A stretch of DNA of 64,000 nucleotides from Octopus vulgaris (GCA_951406725.2 OX597829.1:7688001-7752000), one strand, 5' to 3'. Positions 13,778 through 28,448 are shown, numbered from the stretch's first letter. The notes: generated by a model from the sequence alone, not told the origin. Translations and numbers: made by a program.

Positions 13778-14652
13778 TATTTGACGGATATTTGTCCTCA
13801 TCTTGTTTGTTGTTAACACAACTTTTCAACTGATGTACTCTCCAGCCTTCATCAGGTATCCTGGGGGAATTTTGAACCTGGGTTCCGATTCCTAAAGTAT
13901 TTTTCTAATATTATTATTATTCAGATCACTGCCTGGAATCAAACTCAGAATCTTCGGGTTAGTAGCCTGCACTCTTAACCACTATGCCAAATGCCTATGG
14001 GCAATTATGGAGTGAATTTTAGGGCTTATAAATCTACTATTTTCCTTAATACTGGTTCCCATATGCTGCTCATATCTGCACTTGGTCTGCTTAGGAGGTT
14101 GTTGTGTCCTAGCATATGTGCAGCTTCTTTTAGTTTTCGTATTTTCCTGTGGCGTTCTCTGTCTAGTATTTTAACTTCATCCCACAGGGGGAGGTGGTCT
14201 CTCCTTTTCCATACATGATCCCCCTGTGGGATGAAGTTAAAATAATAGATAGAGAACACCACTGGAAAATACAAAAACTAGAAGCAGTAGCAAATATGCT
14301 AGGACACAACAACCTCCTAAGCGGACTGAGTGTACATATGAGTAGCATATGGAAAACCGGTATTAAGGAACAGTAGGAAAATATTAGATTTATAAGCCCT
14401 AAAACTCACTCCATAACTGCCATATGGTTTAGTGGTTAAGAGAGCTGGCTACTAACCTCAAGGTACTGAGTTCGATTCCAGGCAGTAACCTGAATAATAA
14501 CAACAACAATAACATCTGAAAAGTACCTAAGGAATGAGAACCTAGATTCAAAATTTCCTCAGGACACCTGATGAAGGCTGGAGAGTACATTAGCCAAAAC
14601 GTTGTGTTAAAAACAAACAAGATGAGGACAAATATCCATCAAATGTAAATAA
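13778..14652. mobile_element. Penelope-like element remnant: two 3' ends in inverted orientation (minus 13778-14219, plus 14220-14652)
   Basis: Both arms encode the GIY-YIG C-terminus (PLWDEVKILDRERHRKIRKLKEAAHM..LLSR..MSSIWEPVL). Each is followed by a tRNA-like segment, (AAT)n and a hammerhead core. Inverted 3' ends are typical of truncated PLE insertions. Confidence 0.85.
14563..14608 (+). ncRNA. Minimal type I hammerhead ribozyme motif, degenerate (G12 to A); mirror copy on minus at ~13815-13860
   Basis: gacac-CTGATGA-a-ggctg..tagcc-AAAAC-GTT-gtgtt. Stem I gacac/gtgtt; palindromic AACGTT replaces stem III. Confidence 0.65.
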
Positions 14653-15805
14653 TTCCTCATCTCTCAAGATGCTATAGTTTTGCAATTATTGCTAGAGATA
14701 AAAGTTGTTTTAATATTTCTGTGTACACTTTGTTTAGACATGTTTTGATTTTCGATTGTTATTATAGATGTCATGTTTCTGAATGTGCAATTAGAATTGA
14801 AGTGGATTCAAAATGGGACCTACTTAGAAAGTACCAATGCTTTTGTCCAAAGACCTATAGGGTATCAAAGGGCTACATGAAAATTTACCGATATTAATCT
14901 AGGGATTATGAGGTTGTTTCACATTTTTTGCTAATCTGCCTGAACTATACAGGTAAAAGTTTATTCATAAAGCATATAGTTGTGTATATTTGTGTATGTA
15001 TAAAATTTTTGTGTATAAAGATGTACGAGGATAAAAAACATTTTTAGAAGAGATTTTATATTTTTATATTTCCTTTTGAATAAAAAAATTAAATGACAAC
15101 AAAATGAAAATAAAGTTATAATAATAATAATAATAGAAAACATGTTACAAGTTTTGTGAATAGAATGGGGAAATGATAAGGTAGGAAACTGAGAAAATGA
15201 GTGACTTATCAAAGGTAAGGAATAAGAATGAATGCATGCAGTAAGTGCTGTAGTAGTGTGGTAAAAACTATTTTAAAGAAAGACAGATATAAAAAAGAAA
15301 TAAGAATTTATTAGGAGAACTTGACTTTTGTTTAAAAAGAGAAGAAAAAAATCCACAGAGAATAGAATCAAAGACAAATTATATTTAAAAGGAACAAGGA
15401 CTTATTAGGAATACGATACTATCTTTGAAAATATAATTCCCAAATCAATGATTTGTTTTAATGAAGTACAGGCCACCACTCTGCTCCTGGTATTATGGAA
15501 ACATTGTGTTCTTGAAAATCTTGAACTTATGTGGAATTCTATATAGTGCATGGAAGTTATCTGGAGAAAACATTTTGCATTTTGGAATTCTGGGTTACGG
15601 CAAGATTTTCAGGAATGCAACATCTCCATAACATGGAGAATGTACATAATACTGCAAGAAAATAAGTGATTCACCAGTCAATTCAGGGACATGAAATTAG
15701 TTCTGTATTTATTTTAAGGTAAAGAAAGAAATTAAATATTTTACATGTCCTATGTAAGAGTGTTTGTATTATGATAATAATTTTCTCTCATTAATAACCT
15801 TATTA

Positions 15806-15898
15806 TTCATACACACACACACATATACATATATATACATACATACATACATACATACATACAGACATATATATATATATAAACACACGCACACATAC

Positions 15899-15945
<47 letters not shown>

Positions 15946-16168
15946 TACAACATATATATATACATACATATATACACATACATACATTCATATATATATA
16001 TATATATACATATATACACACATACATACATTCATATATATATACATATACACACATACATACATTCATATATATATACATATATACACACATACATATA
16101 TACACATACATATATACACATACATACATACACACATACATATATATATATATACACATATATATGTA
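15806..16168. repeat. Compound TA/CA/TACA microsatellite
   Basis: Directly visible. Confidence 0.95.
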
Positions 16169-17210
16169 TGAGATAGAGAGATGTATGCACACATATTCAC
16201 TCATAAAATGATATAAAAATTGTTCAACCGTCAATAATATGGAAGCAGAAAGCTGGTGTTTATTTACTTTCTGATTTTAGTTCCAAATTTAGTCACAGCA
16301 AACTTAGGGGCTAAGTTGATTACATCAACCTCAGGACTCAACTGGTACTTGTTGTATCAACCCTGGGAAGATGAATGGCAAAGCCTACCTAGGTGGAATT
16401 TGAGCATTAGCTGTATCAATTGAGAGGCATCCGAGTCCTTTGACAGCATATAGGAATTACTAATGAGTGTCAGAAAGCCATACAATAATACTGGTTGCAG
16501 GAGGCCAGTGTTATAATCTATGATAAGCCCATAGTACAATACTATATCCACAATGCCATTAGGGAAGAATAATCTAGTCTGAAAAAAATCACAATTAATT
16601 CATTTACTGCCATGGTCTTCAATGTACAAGTGTATTCCTATATACACCTTCATATGATCATCATTTGCTTCATTAAACTGATTTATATAACTAAGCTGAA
16701 CATTCAAGTTTGATAAATCATAAATAATTTTGCAATTGCAGAGTTATTAACAAAGTCAAAAAGTGCAAATGATTGTTGATGTAGTTTTGTAATGAACAAA
16801 GCCAGACTTTGGAAGATGATCTATTAAAACTTGCAATGAACACATATTTCAGAGATTTTATTTGTCTCATTTTCTGTAAATACCATTGTCATTATTTGAT
16901 GATAAGGCATTAACAATGGTTTACCTTCCAGTCTTGAGATTGTGGAGAGTTAACTATTATTTACAAAGTGGGCATGGCTGGGTTACAGATATGGGGCATC
17001 AAGTATCTTCGTCTTACTTGAGAAATGCAAAGTACAATAGTTTTTCTTTGTGCATTCATTCTTTGTTAGATGTGCATGTGTGTGAAAGAAAGATTGTGTG
17101 TATGTATAGCAATTACACACACAATCTGTCTGTTTCTGTCTATCTAGACACATGCATACATACATATGTACGTACATACATACATACGTATGTATACATG
17201 TATGTATGTA

Positions 17211-17242
<32 letters not shown>

Positions 17243-17801
17243 GAAAGAGATAGAGGATAGATAGACAGATCTACACATGTATGTGTATATATTCCTTTAA
17301 ATCATACATACCTATATACAAACACTGATACAACAGACAGAATAGAAATTTGCTCTGTGATTACAAGAACTATTTTACCTAAGATATGTTTTCCTGCAGG
17401 AAATAGAAGCCATAATCCTTGAAGGGGTGAGTTAGTACGAGATTATGACAAAAGGCTTTTATTAAAGGAATCATTGAACATTTGTCACACCAAACAAATC
17501 ATAAATACTTCGTTATAAAATTAGAGGAAACAGGAAGATTGAAAGATTTGACTATTAGCATAGAATTTCAAATGGTGTTCTTTCAAATGGCCAGAGAAAC
17601 AGGGTCAGTTTCTTTGGTGTCGTTTCTTGTGTAGTTTACAATATAAATTATCTCACCTAGATTTAATCCTTATGTATATCTGTATGTGCATGTGACTATG
17701 TTTCTATGTCTTTATGTGTTAAGAGAAAAATATATTGAGATGAAAAAACAAGTAGCAGCTAGTGAGCAAAAGGATGCAAATATTGTCAAAAGTCTACTTA
17801 C

Positions 17802-17884
17802 AACCAGAAATTCTCTTTTGTCAACAATTTGATTGCCATCAGCATCAAACATATTGAAAGCGATTCTAAATCCAGAACGAGGCT
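17802..17884 (-). CDS. MICU3: MICU3-like exon encoding a canonical EF-hand, 83 bp
   Basis: ttttctttttttgaag|AG CCT CGT...TTT CTG GTT|gtaagt = (K)PRSGFRIAFNMFDADGNQIVDKREFLV. EF-hand loop DADGNQIVDKRE. Close to the MICU3 segment KPxxGFRIAFNMFDxDGNxxVDKxEFLV as recalled. Phase 1 matches the upstream exon. Confidence 0.92.
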
Positions 17885-18254
17885 CTTCAAAAAAAGAAAA
17901 ATGGAATGTAAAATGTATGAAAAAGTAAAGCATGGAAGTTTCATAACCATAACAATGATAATAATAAGGGTTTCAAATGTTGGCACAAGGTTGACGATGA
18001 TAAAAAGAAGAATTCTTTCTTGCACAGGCACACGGCCTCAAATTTTGGTGGGAATGGGGTTACTTGATTACATCAATCCCAATGATCAGCTGGGGCTCAT
18101 TTTATTGAAAGCCAAAGTGGAATTTGAACTCAGAACATAAAGAGCTGGTAAAAAATGTGGCAAACTATTTTGTTCAATATACGTTAATAATAATAATAAT
18201 AATAGTAATAATAATAATAATAATATTAATACAACACTACAATAATAATAATAC

Positions 18255-18402
18255 ACTCTCAGAGTGGTTGGCATTAGGAAGGGCATCCAGCTGTAGAAAC
18301 TCTACCAGGTCAGACTGGAGTCTGGTGCAGCCATCTAGTTCGCCAGGCCTCAGTCAAATCGTCCAACCCATGCTAGCATGGAAAGCAGGTGTTAAACAAT
18401 GA
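18255..18402 (+). mobile_element. RTE-tail non-autonomous element (family C). Other copies at 20090-20350, 29885-30180, 42260-42395 and 48362-48550 (+), and 53341-53772 (-)
   Basis: Shared gagtggttggc(a/g)ttaggaagggcatccagc...ccatgctagcatggaa...(gat)n tail. The same tail terminates the RTE fragment at 30181-31110. Confidence 0.8.
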
Positions 18403-18403
18403 A

Positions 18404-18575
18404 TACTACTACTACTACTACTACTACTAATAGTAATAATAATAATAATGATAAAATAATAAAAATAATATTGATAATAATGATATTAATAATAGCAATA
18501 TTAATAATAATAATGATAATAATAATAGTAATATTAATAGTAAAATAATAATAAAAACAACAACAATAACGACAA
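18404..18575. repeat. (TAC)n/(AAT)n/(AAC)n trinucleotide tract
   Basis: Directly visible. Confidence 0.9.
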
Positions 18576-19145
18576 CAAAGGTCACAAAATTAGAGAGAGT
18601 AGTTAGCTGCAATAAATTGCAGTACATTTTTGGCTTTAGGAAGCTATCTGGAAAATTTTATCTTGGGAAATTTCATCTCAGAACAAGGTTCAGTACTGCA
18701 CCATTTCTAACATTTCTAAAACATGGTGCCAAGTTAATTTTGCAAAGAAAGGACCATGATTATATTAGTGAACCTACTGCAATGCGATTGCTTTGTTTTA
18801 CTAATTATAGGGAGATAAAAACAAAGTTAAACCAATCTATCAATAACAGCAACAAGCAAAGTAAGTTGGAAGATGTTGCTGGTTTTAATCGAACAAGCTT
18901 GCAAGGCATCAGAACTCAGTAATGTATGAATACATTGTAACAAGAAGGAGCAGTCCAAAAGAAAATTCTAACAACAACAATGCAGGGGCCGCTGCAAACA
19001 GAATTACCATTATATAGATATTGAAGACGAAAATGTTAAAGACGACTAAAACGACAATAGATTCTCATGGCAGTGATTATGTAAGACATGGAAATAAAAA
19101 AAAAGGACAAAATTTGAAGGACTGGCCAGACAAATTGATATGGGG

Positions 19146-19191
<46 letters not shown>

Positions 19192-21029
19192 GATGGATGA
19201 AATAGTCACACACATAACAGAGAAATCTCTGGCAAATTAAAAATATTGTTTATACAGTGACTGAGATACTCATCTATGCAAGAACATTGACATTGAGGTG
19301 AGGAGAAGGCTGAAAATTCAGTCTGCTGATAACAATCGGGTACTGGTGTCAAAAGAAATGACATCAACAAAATTAGTATGATGATAAACAATAATAACAA
19401 CCAAATGATTACAATATCATGTCTAACAAGAATGGCATTGACTGGTTAAGACAGCTGACATATAGGAACAAGGCTTACCCTTAAAAAATACTCAATATTT
19501 CACAGGAAGCAGACTTTTTATTAGGTGAATTTTACAGTGTTGATCATCTTAAAATGAAGCACAATTACTTAGCCCACTTAACAAACACACAAACACACAC
19601 ACACACTCAATGTGATATAAAGAATACTATGAAATTGCTACTGGAAGTAGAGTATCAAATATTTTATACAGAGTCCTTCCTCAGGAGGGAAATAAAAGAA
19701 AGGCAGTAAAGTTTTGCATCCTTTGTGTTTGAGCAACTGGCTGCAAATGACATGGAACACAAGAACACATCTGCTTGCACATGGGGAAAGGAAGAAGTAG
19801 GAGAAAGAAACTGGATGAGAGAGTGATCTGTACAAGCAAGGAAATGGAAGGACTCTTCGAATACATTATAAAAAATGCCCCATGTCATTCACAGAAGAGA
19901 TTTTTCTTTTATATTTGCCAAGGATTAAACAGGGAAACACAGCTTTACATCTCAAGATACTATTTCTACATTATAAGTAGGAGGTGCCACTATTAGTGTT
20001 ATACGCAATACCTCTAGAAGGACCATAATCCTCACACTACTACAGTTGGAAAATCAAATTCAATCCTGGCTACAATTTCTAGTCCACACAGTGGTTGGCA
20101 TTTGGAAGGGCATCCAGTTGTAAAAACTAAGCCAAAGCAGACCTTGCCAGTGCTTGTGCCACATGAAAAGCACTCAGTTCACTCTGCAGGGTAGTTGGTA
20201 TTAGGAAGGGCATCCAACCGTAAAAACTAAGCCAAAGTAGACAGAAGTCTGGTGCTGGTTCCTGCTTGGCCAGCTCCTGTCAAGCCAACCAACCGACACC
20301 AGTATGGAAGGCAGACGTTAAACAACCACAATGATGATGATGATGATGAACTTGATCCTAACAAATAACAAGTGGCAATACCTTTTGGGCATTATAAATG
20401 GATACAAATGCATGGATAATTCACAATGGATAAATCACTATCAGTGTCTATTGACAGTGGCAGTGAATTATCTATGATTTTGTAAAGACATGAAACACAG
20501 AGAATTGAGAATATAAAACTCTAAATCATATATCGAAAGATAAGATCTGTCAATGGAAACAAGCTTTTAACATAATAGAGGGAGCAATTAAAAACATTAA
20601 TTAAAACACTGAATCTGAAGCTGTGTTGCCCATGAAATACTGATTATTTCATCTTGAGATCCTAGCATTGTCAGCATTTTGATTACTTCACATTGCAATG
20701 TTCCTCCGAAATTCAATAATATATTCAACAACCCTTGAAAACATTTTTTATGACGTATTTATGAACTGAGTTCATAACCTATCAACATTATCTTGGCAGT
20801 GACAGTCACTTGATATTATAAGATCAAAGACATTGGCTAAAATGAGCAACTTCTACATTTTGACATTCTCCAGGAATGTTTGCATTGCCCGTTTACATTT
20901 TCTAAGGAAATGACTTCTCAAACAATGACTCTCCATATTACTCATCCTGTTTATAATAACAGTGGGACTCGACATGGGATCACTGAATTCTGAAGTGTGT
21001 GTGTGTATGTTTATATGATATAAGGTCTC

Positions 21030-23636
21030 ATGGCAGCATCCAAGATTTAAAAAATGGCATCTCATCGACTATGTCATCGTGAGATCCCGAGACCAGCAAG
21101 ATGTGTTGCTCACCAGAGCCACCACTGGAGCAGATGAGTGCTGGACAGATCATCGCCTCCACCATGAAAATCAAACTCCGACCAAAAGTGAAATATCACA
21201 GCAAGGAAAGCAGAGTAAAGAAATTCAACATCGAAGCACTGCAAGATTCAAAAACTCGGGTCGCTTTCCAGCAGCACCTACAGGTCAATCTTCAAAATAA
21301 GACTCCAAATCATCTCGTCGAAGAAAATTGGAACCAGCTGAAAGAAACCATCATCACTGTTTGCGAAGAAACCATCGGTCGCAAGAAAAGGAAACACCAG
21401 GACTGGTTCGACGACAAATGATGAAGCCCTCAAAGAACTGATCGACCAAAAACGGAAAGCTTTCATCAGCTCACAGAAAGATCCAAAGTCTGCCACTAAA
21501 CAAGAGTCTTTCAAAAAGTGCAAAGCCGCAGTTCAAAGGACAACCCGTACCCTGAAGAACCAGTGGTGGAGACACAAATCTCGTGAAATCCAGCAGCTAG
21601 CAGATGTAAATGACACCAGAGGTTTCTTCAAAGCCACGAAAGAAATATACTGACCTTCCACACATGGACAGGCTCCTCTGAAGAGTAAAGATGGAGCGAC
21701 CATCCTGAAAAGCAACACCGAAATAGGAGACAGATGGAGAGAACACTTCGAAGACCTCCTCAATCACAAGGCTACCATCGACAAAAGCATACTTGACATG
21801 ATTCCTAAAGAGGCCAAAGATTACTCTCTCGCTCGAATTCCATCCCTCGAAGAGGTCAAAATTGCTATCACAGCAATGAAGAACAACAAAGCCACGGGTC
21901 CTGATGGAATCCCAGCTGAGATCTACAAACTGGGAGGTGATTTTGTCCAACACCAGCTCCACCAACTCTTGGTCAAAATCTGGACAAATGAAGTTGTACC
22001 ATCCGACTTCAGGGATGCTAACATCATTACCATTTACAAACGAAAGGGCGATCGTTCTGAGTGTGGAAATTACCGGGGTATTTCCTTATTAGCAACTGCT
22101 GGGAAGATTCTTGCACGCATCCTGAACAACCGTCTCAAAACGCTGTCAGAGAGGATCCTTCCCGAGACGCAGGCCGGCTTTAGGCCATCACGAAGCACAA
22201 CCGACATGATCTTCACGCTGCGACAGCTACAAGAAAAATGTTGTGAGCAACACCAACTGCTCTATTTGGCCTTTATTGACCTATCCAAAGCCTTTGATCG
22301 TGTCTCGCGAGAACTCCTCTGGGATATTCTCGCCCAGTATGGATGCCCAGATAAGTTCATCCAGATCCTCAAACTCCTCCACAACAATATGCACACCAGA
22401 GTCCAGACCGACGGAGACAGTTCTGAGCCCTTTAAAGTCACTTCCGGAGTGAAGCAAGGCTGCGTGATAGCACCAACTCTCTTTACCATCTTTATCGCGA
22501 CAGTGTTGTACATCATACGAGATGACCTTCCACCTGGCATCGAGATCTCGTACAGAATGGACGGCAAGCTTTCCAACCTTGCTCGCCTCAAAAGTACGTC
22601 AAAGACAATGGCGCGAAGCTTGCTAGAGTTCCAATATGCCGAAGACAACAGTGTAGCAGCTTACAGAGAGGATCACCTCCAACAGATCCTAAATGCTTTT
22701 CATCATGCATATACTAAACTTGGACTGAGCATCAACATCAAGAAGACTGACTCACTCTACCAACCTCCTCCCAATGCTCGTGTTGACAACCTGCCATCGA
22801 TTCAACTCAAAGGAATTCCACTGGAAAATGTGAACCATTTCTGCTACCTTGGGAGCTATCTGTCAGCAAAGGTAGACCTCAGCGATGAAATCCAACACCG
22901 TCTGAAGTGTGCAGGAACAGCTTTCGGCAAGCTTCGAACAAGAGTTTTTGCTGATCGGGACATCCGAACCGAAACCAAACTCATGGTGTACAGGGCAGTC
23001 ATTATTCCAACCCTCCTTTAAGCATCCGAAACCTGGGCCCCATATAGTCACCACCTGAAAACGCTTGAGAAATTTCACCAACGCTGTCTTCGGAAGATCC
23101 TTAACATCAGCTGGGAAGACAGAAGAACTAACGTCAGCGTGCTACAAGAAGCAAAAATGACCAGCATCGAAGCCTATGTCATCAAAGGCCAACTAAGATG
23201 GAGCGGCCACGTGGTTAGAATGACTGATGAATGACTTCCCAAACAGATCTTCTACTCCCAACTCAAAGACGGCAAGTGTACAAAAGGAGGCCAGAAGAAA
23301 CACTACAAGGACATCCTGAAAACGAACCTCAAAAAGTGTGACATCGACTTCACTAACTAGGAGGAAACGGCAAAAAACAGACCACTCTGGAAAACCACCA
23401 TCCATGAGGGAACGGCGACTTTCGAGTCGAAAAGGTCTGCAAAGCTGGAGGAGAAAAGACGACGACAGAAGGAGCCCCAACAACAACTATGTGCAACTCT
23501 CCCTTCCGGTACTAGATGTACGCATTGCGACCGATCTTTTCAAGCAAGAATTGGTCTTATCGGTCACCTACGGACTCACCAGTAAATTTGCGCAAAGACC
23601 ATCATCCTCGACCTTGAGGGATTGCCATCATCATGA
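21030..23636 (+). mobile_element. 5'-truncated RTE-clade LINE (APE C-terminus plus reverse transcriptase), recently inactivated
   Basis: WHLIDYVIV and CWTDHR (APE end); ORF 21798-23021 has KATGPDGIP, NYRGISLL, QAGFRP, FIDLSKAFD, GVKQGC, YAEDN (for YADD) and FCYLGS. Downstream are LRWSGHV and a C-terminal Zn-finger-like remnant, then a short (CAT)n tail. Several stops and frameshifts. Confidence 0.95.
21798..23021 (+). pseudogene. RTE reverse transcriptase ORF fragment, 407 aa
   Basis: Full run of non-LTR RT motifs; catalytic YADD changed to YAED; premature stop after IIPTLL. Confidence 0.9.
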
Positions 23637-26600
23637 TTTGAAACTTCTATAACACCTATATAACAATTGAACAGAACATTTGTTGAAGGGAACTACGCAG
23701 TCCATCTAATGGAAACAACAATGATAAAACAAGGAGATGAAGTATTACTCAGAGACTTGGAGCCTTATATCAGACATTTAAAAAAAAAAAAAGATGTGAA
23801 AGTAAAATTACTTTGATAAAAGAAAAAATAAAAAGAAGGGAAAAGTGCTTCGAAGAAAAAAGAGGTTAAAAAAATGATACTTAAGAAAAAAACAACAGAC
23901 AATAATAGCATAATTGTAATATAGTGAGTACAAATGTTCAAATGGTACTGTATGAGGAGTGGGGCCCATGCAACCATTTCATTTTTCATTTTTATATAAT
24001 ATTCATCCTCATTCGTTTTATGTTTAGTGTCCCCACTGTGGTGTTGTGTCTGTCCTTGTTATGTCCACTCTTTGTCCAGGCTACATGCCTATAATAAAGA
24101 TTTTAACAGGCTTTAATGAATGTTAGATCATTGCTTTCCGGAGCTTTAAAAATGGATTCACCACAATACATAATTAACTTTAACTGGAAAGGCAAAATAA
24201 TTTATTGTATGACAGAAAAGAAGCTTGACTAACAGACAAGACACGTCAGTTGAAAGGTTCTGATGAGTGAAGTGCTCTTGCAATACCATCTCCAAATTCA
24301 ATTCACAAATATGACACAATGAATCTTTTATCCCAAGCCCCTGAATCCAAGAATTAGGACAACTCTATTAAAAACTGCAAACATTTAGATATGCTAATCC
24401 CCCATTTAAGTAAAAACTATTATTCATATGATTCAACCAGTCAAAGAGCATCATTAATTTGAAAAAAGGAGAATATATAATAAGCACACGGACTCCCAAA
24501 TACTCTTTACAGATCAATAAAATTCGGAGGGGGGGGCTCAGTAGTTAATCTACAATGTTGTGGGGTTCAAAAAAGTTTACATTTTCAATTGAAATAATTT
24601 AAAATGTGTCTATTTCTGAAATTACTTATGGCCAACCTCTGGTGCACCAATGTAAGCATTTTATTTGAAATAATGTTTAAGCTTCTTCAAAAGCAGAACT
24701 ATGAAATTTACATTTTGAACAATTTATAAAGGACGGGGACTATTGAAGTCCTTTAAATTTCATTTTTTTCTTTCTTTCTTTTTTTTATTTGTTATAGCTT
24801 TTAATTTTATCTCTACAGTTTAGGTCTTAGAAGAAAATGTCTTGATTAAAAAAGGAAAATTAGGACAATAACGTATTGACAGGAAAAACATGCAATTATT
24901 CAACTCAGGTATTTAACCTAATGATCCTCTTTTGTTCTTTAAAGACTATCACACCTAATGAGTGTGATAGTCTGTAGGCTCAATGTTGCTAACAAAACTA
25001 CAAGTTTTTTAAAATTGGAAATAACTAATAAGAAAAAGAAAAAAGGAAGGCAATAAGGTGAACAAGACCTTGTTCTGGAAAGTAATATATAAAATCTATC
25101 ACTTATTGCCATATTTATGCACACACAAAATATGCATGTGTTAAAATAATGTTATTACTTTAAAGCAAGTTCAAAATAACAAAAGAACATTCAACTGATG
25201 GGGTGACTGTACTGAGAATAAGTTATATCTATCACCTTCTTCAATACTGGTTGAACTCATTACACACACACACACACACAAACACAGTAGCTGCACTGTC
25301 CAATATCAAAATGTAAAAGTCCCCTATATCTATCTCCCCACTCCTGTGCTTAGAATAATTTCACCCATAAAACTTCAACTAACAAAAGTTTAATTACTTT
25401 CTTAAATGCATTGATCCCATGTCAAATGATTTGTATGTTTATGCATAAATCAAGAAGAAAATTAAAGTTTCAGACCCCCAAACATTACTGAGTAAATATA
25501 AATAATCCATAAAATAATTTCTCTTCCAGATATTTTTCTAATATTCTACTTGATTTGGTTATTTCAAAGTCAAAACGGGAAATTCATTTCTCAGATTCTG
25601 TACCCCAGTAGATGTTTGTAGATAACCAAAGGTGCAAAATAATAAATGCACTTTTGATTGTTCTCTCAAAACTGATGCCTTCACATTAGACAATGTGCAT
25701 GGACAACCTTCCTCAAGAAGCAAGCCACATAAGACAGTGCTCACCACCAGGGGCAGACTGCACTGCTAAACCCCACCCCCCAAAAAAACAGAATTCACAA
25801 AATTTTTTTTGTTTTGCACACCATTGCACAAAAGTGGTAAAAGTTATCTGTTCAATAAGCAGAAATCAATAAGTAAATAGTACTGAAGAATGATTACAAA
25901 AAAAAAAAACACAAAACCCTTCAGCATGGCTGTAGTCCAATTATTGGTTTAACATTTTGGCACAAAGCCAGCAATTTAAGGGGAAGAGATAAGTTGATTA
26001 CGCTGACCTCTGTGCTCAACAGGTACTTACTTTATCGACCCCCAAAAGGAAGAAAGGCAAAGTTGACCACAGTGGAATTTGAACTAAGAATATAGAGATG
26101 GACAAAATGCTGCTAAGCATTTTGTCTGGTATGCTACTGATTCCACCAGCTCATCGCCTTAATATAGTCTAATTATTATCGCCTAAATATGGTCCAATTA
26201 CTGAAACTATGAAAATGTAAGCAAATATTATGTAGGTGGATACTTTTCATCCACAGCTAAGTTCCTTATCTGAAATAAAACTTATATTTGAAGACTGAGC
26301 ATGAAAGTGCAGAATGTGAGGCTATGGTACACTTGTTTACGGCTGAAGTAAATTTTCCTTAAATGAATTTTGGTTCAACACTACTACTAAGTAGTTTACA
26401 TTTGATATTCATCTTCCACACAAGATTAAAATTCTGAAAAAATTAAATGCAATTAGAAGAAAGACAAAAAAAAATTCACTGATAAAATCTACTTCATAAC
26501 AAGGAAATCTAAAACAGCATCTAAAAATGGTTACAAAGCAAATTTTTATAAAAACACACACACAGACACACACACACTGCATATTTGAGCTCACTTATGT

Positions 26601-28396
26601 TTTTGTAGAAATAATTTTAATAGTGCTAAGAACACAGTCTTGAAACTTTTATCTAGTCATGTTGTAGCTGTTATTCTTCTATAAGAAAAAAGGAAAAAAA
26701 AAAGGATGATGAATTCTTTATAGTCCACCAAAACTTTTCAATTTTAAAGATTAACATTTTCACAAAGTAATATCACTTAAAGAAAACAAGGAATTAAGTA
26801 AGAGAAACTGGGCTAAGAGCAATATTGCATATGGAGGTATTTCAAGACACATTTTAAAAGATTAAAGATAAAATAACTTTTAATAAATTCAGAAATGAAT
26901 GTGAAATTGATTTCGAGGATTAAAAAAAAAAAAAATAGAATTAAAAAAGAAATGTAAATCACATTATAATAACTGTTTAAAATTGGATAAACTGAACATT
27001 TATAATGTATTGTAACAATGAAACTTCATGAATGATGATTTAAAAATGTTGGTGTTAAACCATCATCTTAGAATTCAGTTAAATATTTCTTGCTAAAAAT
27101 CAAGAAAATTTCTGCAAGATGATACTCTTTCAAGGTACAACTAAAAACTTCAAATAATAAATTATTGAAAACTAAACAATATTAAAAAGTAATAAAGAGT
27201 AGCTACTATAAAAATAGGCAAAAACAAAACCAAAGAAAAAAAGAAATTCTTACTCTTAGACTTACAGTTATTGTTGTTATAATATTGCTTTTTATTGTGT
27301 CTGCTTTTATTTTGTTTTTGAATAATGAGTGCCAGATTATATTGGGTGTATTTCCCATGGAAAATCTTAACATCAATAATACTGTAGGTTCCCAGGAAGA
27401 TATTGAATTCGACAGACATGTTCATGAACTATGTCAACATTGGCAAATGACAGTGTATAAGTTAGGCCAGCAGTCTGATTTGGTTTGTACATGTCTTGCC
27501 ATATGTTGAAGACATCCTGTTAGTGTCTGAGCTAGATGAAAACTCAGCATACTGTAGATTGGGGATATTGACACAAGTGTTTAATCTCATCATAATCTCA
27601 ACGTCACTTTATACAATGTCAAAGACATGATCTTGTAGCATCCCAGTATATCATTACGCACACACACAATATTTGTGTGTACAAGTATAATTAATAATGT
27701 CAATATGAATACAAAATTATCCACTTTCTTAGTTTACTACTTGTTTTGTTAGAATGTTTTAATTATAAATGACAAGGTAAAAGAAACAAAAAGAGAAAGC
27801 TCAAATGAAAACAAGTAATAAACAAAACAGAGAGAACTAATTTTGTACTAACAAGAATATTCATAAAGAAAAGGAACACTAAAACCATAGAAATAGCTAT
27901 TGCATTTTAGTCTTTTATATATATATATATATATACTTAGTATTACAGAACTATATTTCACTGCTATTATGGTTGAATAGCTTTTATTTGGGGACAAATG
28001 TTTCTAGACCTGAATGTCTTTTTTTATAATCACACACTTAAGTAAAACCTTATTTTATTTCTTATCATATAAGCTGGGGACCAACTTAACTTTGGTTTAT
28101 GATAGGGTGCAATGCTACAATAACCATTAGTCCTTTTAGCACAAACACAGACACACACACATTCTTTTACTGCTTTTAGTTATAGGAGTGCAGTCATGTT
28201 GGGATTCTTGGAATAGTTTAGTCAATCATATCCTATCCTCAATAGTTAATTCAGTCTTAATTATTCTACCAACATCTATTAGTCAAACCACTGTGTTATA
28301 AAATATAAACACAAAATGCACACATACACACACACTATATGTATATATCTATATATACACACACACATCTGTGTGTGTATACAAGTACATATACAT

Positions 28397-28448
<52 letters not shown>

